A stretch of DNA of 64,000 nt, from positions 890 through 64,889 of the forward strand of contig JADZFF010000042.1 of assembly GCA_020850015.1 (NCBI GenBank), in the 5' to 3' direction. The notes under the pieces were generated by a model, which worked only from the letters and a program-made list of their open reading frames with translations, ran no database searches and had not been told where the DNA came from. Shown piece after piece: positions 14,312 to 22,222 of this stretch. Origin of the DNA: Bdellovibrionales bacterium. GTDB taxonomy: Bacteria; Bdellovibrionota; UBA1018; JADZFF01. The first letter of the stretch is position 1. Each line of letters begins with the position of its first letter. The translations under genes and the position numbers were made by a program.

Positions 14312-17029
14312 CTTCAGCTCCGCGAGGAGCGTCAGCGCCTGGATGGGCGTGAGGGCGTTGGGGTCGATCCCACGCAGCTCGATGAGCACGGGGTGCGGGG
14401 CCGGGGGCTCGGGCGCCGGAGGCGGTTCGGCCATCGTCGCGGCGAACCCCGTGAGAAAGCTCTGCCCCGTCGGGTCCGCTTCCACGGGCCCGGCGGCCGC
14501 CGCCGGAAGATCGAAGAAGCTCAGCTGATCCACCGAGCGCTCCACGGCCGCGCTCAAGAGCGCGTTCTGAGTGCTCCCCCGCTCGAGCTCGGCCAGGATC
14601 TTCCAGGCGCGCTCGATGAGCGGGGAGGGGAGCCCCGCCAGGCGGGCCACGTGGATCCCGAAGCTCTCGTTCGCCGGCCCCTCGCGGAGCTTGTAGAGGA
14701 AGCGCAGGTTCCCGCCCTGGAGGGCTTTCGCTCCCTCCACCGCCATGTGGGCGTTCTTCAGCACGCGGAACTGCGAATCCAGGCGCGTGAGCTCGTGGTA
14801 GTGCGTGGCGAACAGCGTGCGCGCGCGCACCTTGCGGCAGATCCACTCCATGGTGGCACAGGCCACGCTGATGCCGTCGTAGGTGCTGGTCCCGCGCCCG
14901 ATCTCGTCGAGTAGGATCAGCGAGCGCTCGTCCGCGCGGCTCAGGATGTGGGCGAGCTCGCCCATCTCCACCATGAAGGTGCTCTGGCCGCGCGCGATGG
15001 AGTCGTGCGCGCCGATGCGGGTGAACACGGAGGACACCGCGCCCCAGCGCGCGCGGGCCGCCGGCACAGGCGCGCCCATCTGGCCCAGGATGACGATCAG
15101 CGCGCTCTGCCGCATGACCGTGCTCTTGCCGCCCATGTTCGGGCCCGTGATCAGGAGCACGCGGCGCGACTCGGGATTCAGAGAGAGGTCGTTCGGGACG
15201 AATCGTCCGCCCGCGTTCTGGTCCACGAGCGGGTGCCGCCCGCCTTCGATCTCCAGGTCGAGCGAGTCGTCGATGGCCGGGAACACCCAGCCCGGCTGTG
15301 CGCCCAGGCGTGCGAGCGCCGAAAGCGCGTCGAGCTCGCCCAGGAGCCGGGCGGACCTCGAAATGGAGGCGTGTAGCTCTCGAACGGAATCGATCACCCC
15401 TTCGAAGAGGCGCTGCTCGAGGGCCCGTCGGCGGGAGTCCGCCGTGACGATCTCGTCCTCGAACTTCTTGAGCTCCTCGGTGAAGAAGCGTTCGGCGTTC
15501 ACCATGCTCTGCTTGCGCTGGTAGCGCTCCGGCACGGCCCTCAGGTTCGCCTTGGTGACTTCGATGTAGTAACCGAACACGCGGTTGTAGCGGACCTTGA
15601 GGCTGGGGATGCCCGTAGCCTCTTTCTCGCGGGCCTCCAGCTCCACGAGCCAGCGTTGACCTTCCTCGGTGAGCGTGATGAGGCGGTCGAGCTCGGGGTC
15701 CGCGCCCGGGTTGAAGATTCCGGCGTCGCGAGAGGTCAGGGGCGCGTCCTCCCGAAGCGTGCGAAGAAGCGTCAGGCAGAGCGCGCTCACCTCGGCGTTC
15801 GCCTCGCGCAGCTCGCCGCGCAGCTGGGTCAGCGCGGGCGAGCGCGCGGCCTCGAGCGTCGCCGCCAGCGGCTCGAGCGTGGCCAGCGTGCGCGCCAGCG
15901 CGAGCAGGTCTCGGGGGTTCGCGAGCCGCGTGGCCACGCGGCCCAGGATGCGCTCCAGGTCGTAGGCCTCTCCCAGCTTCGCGGCGAGCGCCTGCTGGGA
16001 GGGGAGGTCCTGCGAAAGCTCGCGCACCGCCGTCTGCCGGAGGAGGATTTCGTCGGCATCGCGGAGCGGCTCCAGGAGCCAGCGTTTCAGGCGCCTGGCG
16101 CCCAAAGCGCTCCGCGACCGGTTGATGAACTGAAAGAGATTCGGCCCGCCGGCGGGCGAGGGGAGCAGATCCAGGTGCTCGGCGGTGCGCGGTCCGTAGA
16201 CCAACGCGTCGGGCGCATGCAGCGGAGCCGGGGGCGCCAGGTGCTCGAGGCGGCTCTGCTGCTGCGTGCGCAGCGCATAGTGGATCAGCACTCCCACGGC
16301 GTGGGCCTCGCGCCCGGTTCCGAAGAGGGAGTCGAGGTTCTCGATGCCGTAGTTCGCGCGGACCACCTCGGCCGCTCTTTCGGCGCTCAGGTAGTTTGCG
16401 GGAAGGCGTTCCACCAGGGCATGGGGCGCCTCCGCCTGGAAACGGGCGCAAGGATCCTCGGGTAGATGGTCTTCCAGGCGAAGGAGGTGCCTCACGGGAA
16501 GGGCAAGCAGCTCGTCGAGCAGCTCCGGCTCGCCGAGAGGCGTGCTCACCCGGACCTCGCCCGTCGCGGGTTCCAGGCAGGCCAGGGTCCAGAGCGGCTG
16601 AGTGCCGGGCCGCGCCTCCTCGGCGCGCACGGCGGTCACGAGGTAGGCCGACTCCGATCCCTCGAGGTCGAACTGCACGGCCGGCGTGAAGACACGCGTG
16701 ATCTCGCGCCTGACGATCGCCTTGGCGGAGGGCTCGCCCACCTGCTCGCCGATCGCCACCTTGTATCCGGCCTGAAGGAGCCGTTGCAGGTAGCCCTGCA
16801 CGCTGTGGTGAGGCACGCCCGCCATCGGCAGGGGGTTGGGCTTGTTCCGGTCCCGCGAGGTGAGGGTGATCTCGAGGATCCTGGAGGCCGTCACGGCGTC
16901 TTCGCCGAAGAGCTCGTAGAAGTCCCCCATGCGGAAAAGCAGAAGGGCGTCGCCCGCCTCGCGCTTCAGCTCTGAGTACTGCTTCATGAGAGGGCTCAGA
17001 TCGTCGGTGAGAGCGGGTTGCGCGTGCAT
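14279..17029 (-). CDS. mutS: DNA mismatch repair protein MutS
   Basis: LSPLMKQYSELKREAGDALLLFRMGDFYELFGEDA; Walker A GPNMGGKST. Start is M67 of ORF 14279..17227 (MHAQPALT). The 3' end overlaps mutY convergently by 33 nt. Confidence 0.95.
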   Translation of the reverse strand: MHAQPALTDDLSPLMKQYSELKREAGDALLLFRMGDFYELFGEDAVTASRILEITLTSRDRNKPNPLPMAGVPHHSVQGYLQRLLQAGYKVAIGEQVGEPSAKAIVRREITRVFTPAVQFDLEGSESAYLVTAVRAEEARPGTQPLWTLACLEPATGEVRVSTPLGEPELLDELLALPVRHLLRLEDHLPEDPCARFQAEAPHALVERLPANYLSAERAAEVVRANYGIENLDSLFGTGREAHAVGVLIHYALRTQQQSRLEHLAPPAPLHAPDALVYGPRTAEHLDLLPSPAGGPNLFQFINRSRSALGARRLKRWLLEPLRDADEILLRQTAVRELSQDLPSQQALAAKLGEAYDLERILGRVATRLANPRDLLALARTLATLEPLAATLEAARSPALTQLRGELREANAEVSALCLTLLRTLREDAPLTSRDAGIFNPGADPELDRLITLTEEGQRWLVELEAREKEATGIPSLKVRYNRVFGYYIEVTKANLRAVPERYQRKQSMVNAERFFTEELKKFEDEIVTADSRRRALEQRLFEGVIDSVRELHASISRSARLLGELDALSALARLGAQPGWVFPAIDDSLDLEIEGGRHPLVDQNAGGRFVPNDLSLNPESRRVLLITGPNMGGKSTVMRQSALIVILGQMGAPVPAARARWGAVSSVFTRIGAHDSIARGQSTFMVEMGELAHILSRADERSLILLDEIGRGTSTYDGISVACATMEWICRKVRARTLFATHYHELTRLDSQFRVLKNAHMAVEGAKALQGGNLRFLYKLREGPANESFGIHVARLAGLPSPLIERAWKILAELERGSTQNALLSAAVERSVDQLSFFDLPAAAAGPVEADPTGQSFLTGFAATMAEPPPAPEPPAPHPVLIELRGIDPNALTPIQALTLLAELKSRAGEDARKL

Positions 17030-17174
17030 AGGAACGCAGGGAGTACCCGGCGGGAGCGCGCCCAGGCAAGTGCGAAGGCCGCATGCTGCAACGCGCATTC
17101 GCGGACTGGGCACTGCGTCGGGCGACGCGGTGCCGCCCGGCAAGGCCTGCCGACTCGACGCATAGGGCCGGACC

Positions 17175-19253
17175 ATGGCTTTCTTAAGGGAGGAGGCTCG
17201 GGAACCCAAGTCCATGTCGTCCATCAATCCTTCACAGCAGTACTCCCAGTACGCGCGTTCGCTCGGTGAACTCGAGGCGGAGCTGCGCGAGCAGGCGGCG
17301 AAATCCCGAGAGGGGAACGAGGAGCGCGTGAAGGATCTCGAAGAGCGCTACGGGGAGTCGCTCCGGGGCGAGAAGGAGGAGTACGAGGAGACGGTGGGCG
17401 AGATCCGCGATCAGTACACCGATCGCCTTGAAACGCAGAAGAACGACTACGAGACGCAACTTCGCGAAGGCAACTACAACCGCCGTGGACGCATGGCGGG
17501 CGGAGACGCCGAGACCGTGGAGCTGCGCCAGGAGAAGGACCAGCTCGCTCGCGCGCTCGAGCTCGAGCGGCGCCAGAGCGAGGAGAAGCTGGAGGGGCTC
17601 CAGAAGGCCCATGAGCGCCAGCTCGTGAAACAGGCCGAGACCCACGAACGCGAACAGACGCAGACGGTGGACAGCGCGCGGCAAAACGCGAACGAGAGCA
17701 TCCATCGCATGACTGCCTCCGGGCGGGACCAGTATCAGGAAAACCTCGATCGGATCCAGGAAGGCCACGCCTCCGTGGCGCACGATCTGAGGGCGCAGCT
17801 TGACGAGGAACGCCAGCGATCCAAGTGGGCGGTGGAGGACATCTCCGACCAGGCGAACCATCGACTCGCCCTGGAGGCGAAGGCGAACTCACGGGGCGAG
17901 GAACGGCGTGAGTTCGCGAACTCGCGCGACCGGGAACGCGAGGCTAACGCCATGCGCGACAGCCACCGTGACGAATCTGATTTCCTGCGCTCCCAGTTGG
18001 AGGTGCTCGCCGAGAAGGATCGCGACTTCGGGCGCGGCAAGGCCGAAGGAAGGGCGTTCGCGATCGCCGAGGTGGAGCAGGAGTGGGTCGACAAGATGGA
18101 GGCTCAGACCCGAGCCCACGACCACGAGATCTACAAGGGCGAGCGCGACGCCGCCGACGCCGAGCGCCACCTGTCGGCCTCGAATGCGAAGCGTCTCGGC
18201 GAAGCCGAGCTGCAGTTCACGCGCACGCTCCAGCGCCAGAACCAGGAATCGCAGGATCGCGTGACGGACCTTCAACGGAACTTCGAGCGCGCGAAGGAGC
18301 AGGTGGAGCTGCGTTCGGAAAAGGACCTCGCCTCGGCCCAGATCTCGGCCGCGCGGCGCCTCGACCGCGCCAATGAGGCGCGGGACGCCTCGCTGTCCGC
18401 GCAGGCCACCACCTACAAGGAGCTCATGGCCCGGCAGGGCGAGGAGGCGCGTTCGCGCGAGTCCGTGCTGAAGAAGCAGGTGAACGAGCTCAAGACCTCC
18501 GAGGATTCCTCGCTTGTTTCTCCTTCGGCCGCGAACGCCATCCACAGGCAGGTCGCGGGCGGTTATCAGAAAAGCCTCGAGGCCGAGACGGCGCGCAACA
18601 GAAGGGCTGTCGAGCAGATGCGCGACACCTATCAGGACCGCCACGAGTCGCTTCTCACGAGCTCACGCGTGGAGAAGACCAAGATGGCAAACGAGCACGC
18701 CTCGTCGGTGTCCGCCGAGCGCGCCGTGTTCATGGATCACATCTACGATACCGAGACATCGAAAGAGGATGCGATCAAGTCTTCGCGATTGGATCACGAC
18801 AGCGAGCTCGATAAGATGAAGCGCGCCCAGGCCCGGATTCTCGCGGAGCAGCGGCGGCGGTACGAAGACATCCTCGAGGCGGCGAACCAGGGTTCGTCGA
18901 CGCGCATCGCCGCTGTGCGCCAGGAGGCCGAGTTCAACGCGAAGGTGTCGCAGAGGCAGTACAACCAGCGCATGACCGAAGTGATCCGCCAGTTCGGCAA
19001 ACAGCTGGAAAGCCAGAAAGACGAGTTCCAACTCGAGATCGCGGGTGTTAAAGATGAGGCCAACCGCGCGCTCCTCGAGGCACAGCGGCAGCACCGCACG
19101 GACATGGAAGCTCAGTCCCGCGACTACGAACAGCGGCTGGCGCAGGCCGAAATGACGAGTCAGGAAAAGCAGCGGAGCTTGGCGCAGAACTACGAGGAGC
19201 AGCTTGACAGCATGAAAGCCGCCAATGCCCGTACCGCCCGCCAAAAGGCCTGA
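17175..19253 (+). CDS. large charged coiled-coil-type protein (~680-692 aa), function unknown
   Basis: ORF 17175..19253. Almost entirely E/R/Q/D/A/K-rich, with no TM segment or signal peptide. Alternative start at 17214 (MSSINPSQQ). The 3' end overlaps pyk by 29 nt. Confidence 0.65.
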   Translation: MAFLREEAREPKSMSSINPSQQYSQYARSLGELEAELREQAAKSREGNEERVKDLEERYGESLRGEKEEYEETVGEIRDQYTDRLETQKNDYETQLREGNYNRRGRMAGGDAETVELRQEKDQLARALELERRQSEEKLEGLQKAHERQLVKQAETHEREQTQTVDSARQNANESIHRMTASGRDQYQENLDRIQEGHASVAHDLRAQLDEERQRSKWAVEDISDQANHRLALEAKANSRGEERREFANSRDREREANAMRDSHRDESDFLRSQLEVLAEKDRDFGRGKAEGRAFAIAEVEQEWVDKMEAQTRAHDHEIYKGERDAADAERHLSASNAKRLGEAELQFTRTLQRQNQESQDRVTDLQRNFERAKEQVELRSEKDLASAQISAARRLDRANEARDASLSAQATTYKELMARQGEEARSRESVLKKQVNELKTSEDSSLVSPSAANAIHRQVAGGYQKSLEAETARNRRAVEQMRDTYQDRHESLLTSSRVEKTKMANEHASSVSAERAVFMDHIYDTETSKEDAIKSSRLDHDSELDKMKRAQARILAEQRRRYEDILEAANQGSSTRIAAVRQEAEFNAKVSQRQYNQRMTEVIRQFGKQLESQKDEFQLEIAGVKDEANRALLEAQRQHRTDMEAQSRDYEQRLAQAEMTSQEKQRSLAQNYEEQLDSMKAANARTARQKA

Positions 19254-20712
19254 GTCCCTCGTTTCTCGCAAAGTAAAGATCGTTTGCACCCTGGGGCCTG
19301 CATCCTCCTCGGACGAAGCGGTCGCCCGCCTCGTTCATGCGGGCATGGACGTGGCGCGCCTCAACTTCAGCCACGGCAGCCACGAGGTGCATCGGGCTCA
19401 GTTCGAGCGCGTGCGCCGGGCCTCCTCGGCTGCCGGGCGGTTCGTTGGGGTGATGCAGGACCTTCAGGGACCCAAGATGCGGGTCGGTGCCCTGCCGTCG
19501 GACGGCCTCCTGCTCAAGACGGGAGACGCGCTGGTGCTCCATCCCGAGGGAGCGCCTCCGTCGGAGGCGGAGGCGCGCGGATACCTCCCTCTTCCGATCT
19601 CCGCCGAGATCGCGGGCCCCGTGTCCCGCGACGTGCGCGTGGGGGCGCGTATCCTCTTCGACGACGGCAGGCTCTCATCCCGGGTGAGCTCCGTGCGGGC
19701 GCCGTTGATCTTCATCGAGATCGAGAACGGCGGCCTCCTCACCTCCCGCAAAGGAATGAACTTCCCGGGTACCCCGCTCTCGCTCCCTTGCTGCACCGAC
19801 AAGGACTTCGAGGATCTGAAGCTCGGGCTCGAGCTCGGAGTGGACGCGGTGGCCTTGAGCTTCGTGCGTTCCGCCGCCGACATCGAGCGCGTGCAGGAGC
19901 TTATCCGAAAGAACTCGAGCCATCAGCCGCTCGTGATCGCGAAGATCGAGCGCGAGGAGGCGGTGGAGGACCACGAGTCGATCATCCAGGTCTCGGACGG
20001 CCTGCTCGTGGCGCGCGGGGATATGGCGGTGGAAGTGGGCGCGGGCCGCGTGCCCGGCATTCAGAAGCGCCTCATTCGCGCCTGCAACGGCCTGGGCGTG
20101 CCGATCATCACGGCCACGCAGATGCTCGAGAGCATGATCCAGAGCGCCACGCCCACTCGCGCCGAGGCCTCGGACGTCGCGAACGCCGTCTTCGACGGCA
20201 CGGACGCCGTGATGCTGAGCGGGGAAACCGCGGCCGGCGCCTACCCGCAGGAGGCGCTTAGAACCATGGCCGAGATCGTCGTCGAGGCGGAAAAAGGGAT
20301 GTCGGAGTTTTCCATGGGCTCCGAGGCGCTACCCACGCCGGGTTCGATCGTGGAGAGCGTGGAGTATAGCGCCTCGAAAATCGCGCACCATGTGGGCGCC
20401 GTGGCGATCGCCTGCATCACGCACAGCGGGCGTGCCGCGCGCGCGCTCGCGAAGTATCGTCCGGGCACCCCGATCTTCGCGATCATGGACCGTGAGGAGA
20501 GCCTCAGGAAGCTCAGCTTCATGTGGGGGATCCAGGGCCTGCGAATCGAGCGCATCGAGTCCACGGACGACATCTTCGTCACCGTGGAGCGCGCGCTCAT
20601 GAGCCACGGCAAGGCCGATCCGGAGGACCTCATCGTCGTCACCGCGGGCGTTCCCACGCTCCGTCGCGGCACGACGAACATGATCAAGGTGCACAAGATA
20701 GCGAGGCAGTAG
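19225..20712 (+). CDS. pyk: pyruvate kinase
   Basis: KIVCTLGPASSS, NFSHGSHEVH, LLVARGDMAVEVG, MLSGETAAGAYP. 495 aa. Confidence 0.93.
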   Translation: MPVPPAKRPESLVSRKVKIVCTLGPASSSDEAVARLVHAGMDVARLNFSHGSHEVHRAQFERVRRASSAAGRFVGVMQDLQGPKMRVGALPSDGLLLKTGDALVLHPEGAPPSEAEARGYLPLPISAEIAGPVSRDVRVGARILFDDGRLSSRVSSVRAPLIFIEIENGGLLTSRKGMNFPGTPLSLPCCTDKDFEDLKLGLELGVDAVALSFVRSAADIERVQELIRKNSSHQPLVIAKIEREEAVEDHESIIQVSDGLLVARGDMAVEVGAGRVPGIQKRLIRACNGLGVPIITATQMLESMIQSATPTRAEASDVANAVFDGTDAVMLSGETAAGAYPQEALRTMAEIVVEAEKGMSEFSMGSEALPTPGSIVESVEYSASKIAHHVGAVAIACITHSGRAARALAKYRPGTPIFAIMDREESLRKLSFMWGIQGLRIERIESTDDIFVTVERALMSHGKADPEDLIVVTAGVPTLRRGTTNMIKVHKIARQ

Positions 20713-20785
20713 CCGAGCTACCGGGTGTCCGGTGGACACCCGCGGAGCAGGATGCGGAGCGGAGGCGAGGCGGGGGCCTGAGGTT

Positions 20786-21505
20786 TCAGTCCTTGCTGCC
20801 GGCGAGCTTGGGCGCGTTCGTGTCGCGCGTGGGGTCGTGGTCCGATGGGGCGGTGCGGAGCACCTTCTCGAGCATGCTCTGCTTCGTCGGGCTCATGGCC
20901 CCGACGTTCGCCACGTACCTGAGAAGCTGCTTGCGGGTGTACTCATCGAGCGGGATCGACTGGCCGTTCTGCATCCAGCGAAGCGTCGTATCTTCCGCCC
21001 AAATAAACTCGTTTCCCAGCACCTCGATGCGAAGCTCGACTGCTCGGTCTCCCTCGGCGCCCTTCTCGAAATGGGCCTCGATCCCGTTCCCGTCGGGATC
21101 GGTCAGTACGGTGTGGTAGGAGGTCGATCCCTTCGCGGGCTTGAGAGCCGCCCCCAGCAGCTCGGGCTGGAAAAAAGTTCGAATGGCGCCCTTGAGCATC
21201 TCGGTGGGCTCCACGAACTCCATTCCGATGATGTCCTTGGTCCGGCGCACCACCTTCAGATCCACGTTCATGTTCGTGAGGCCCACGCGGACGATCCCCT
21301 TGAAGGCGGTGCCGATCTCGGGGGGCGGGATGACGTCGCTCGTGGCGAGGCCAAGCCCGAATTCCGAGACGTTCACGACTCGGAACTCGCCGGCGCCGAG
21401 GTCCGGGCAGTGGAGGTAAACGCCGCGGATCCTCCGCATGACGTCCGCGCGCCTCGCGCGGCGCCGCTCCTGTCCGCTGTCCTTCTTGTTCGAAGCTGCG
21501 CTCAT
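20786..21505 (-). CDS. PilZ domain protein (c-di-GMP receptor type)
   Basis: RRRAR (RxxxR) and NVSEFG (N-x-S-x-x-G) motifs. Start placed at M5 (21505), giving an ATGA overlap with the upstream gene's stop. Confidence 0.7.
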   Translation of the reverse strand: MSAASNKKDSGQERRRARRADVMRRIRGVYLHCPDLGAGEFRVVNVSEFGLGLATSDVIPPPEIGTAFKGIVRVGLTNMNVDLKVVRRTKDIIGMEFVEPTEMLKGAIRTFFQPELLGAALKPAKGSTSYHTVLTDPDGNGIEAHFEKGAEGDRAVELRIEVLGNEFIWAEDTTLRWMQNGQSIPLDEYTRKQLLRYVANVGAMSPTKQSMLEKVLRTAPSDHDPTRDTNAPKLAGSKD

Positions 21506-22182
21506 TCGATGGAACATCCCGCCCCGTTCAACAGTGCCCTCATATCTTCGGGGAGCGGCGCCGTGAATTCAACCTTCTCCTGGCTCATGGGATGCGGGAA
21601 TGAAACGGCCGCTGAATGGAGCGCGGGCCTGCCCAGCGGCATCGGCCGCTCCGCTCCGTACTTGCGATCGCCCAGGAGGGGGTGCCCCATCGCGGCGGAC
21701 TGCACCCGGATCTGATGCGAGCGGCCCGTTTCCAGCGTGAACTCGGCCACCGTGACGTCTCCCTGCGGCAGAAGGCCGCGGGTCAAGGGATTGACGAGCA
21801 GGACCGCTTCGCGCGCCCCGGGGACGTCACGCTTCGCGGTACGCACCTCGTTCGTGCGCGGGTCCTTGACCAGAAAATGGCTCCACCGGGCGGGCGCCGC
21901 GACGGAGCCCCAGAGCACGGCGAGATACCGGCGCTCGAGCGCGCCCTCCTGGAGGGAGCGCGTGAGCCGCTGAGCGGCCTTCGTGCGTTTCGCGACCACG
22001 ATCGCACCCGAGGTGTTCCGGTCCAACCGGTGCACCAGTCCCACGTAAGGCCGCCCGAGGTAGCCCCGCAGCCAATCCACCAGGCTCGCGTCTCCACCGG
22101 CATCTCCTTGGCTCAAGAGGCCGGCAGGTTTGTCCACCACGAGGAGGTGGGCGTCCTCGAAAAGGATGCGGGATGGATTCAT
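21502..22182 (-). CDS. RluA-family pseudouridine synthase (no S4 domain)
   Basis: LLVVDKPAGLLSQ and catalytic HRLDRNTSGAIVVAK. Start is M29 of ORF 21502..22266. Confidence 0.85.
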   Translation of the reverse strand: MNPSRILFEDAHLLVVDKPAGLLSQGDAGGDASLVDWLRGYLGRPYVGLVHRLDRNTSGAIVVAKRTKAAQRLTRSLQEGALERRYLAVLWGSVAAPARWSHFLVKDPRTNEVRTAKRDVPGAREAVLLVNPLTRGLLPQGDVTVAEFTLETGRSHQIRVQSAAMGHPLLGDRKYGAERPMPLGRPALHSAAVSFPHPMSQEKVEFTAPLPEDMRALLNGAGCSIE

Positions 22183-22222
22183 GGCTTTTCGATCGTATAG
22201 CCGCAAGATAGAATAAAATCCA

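Noticed and set aside
14211-17084. 957-aa minus-strand ORF in an alternative frame of mutS
   Set aside because: It is R/P/G/A-rich nonsense sequence, and the mutS frame has all canonical motifs. It is a high-GC frame artefact.
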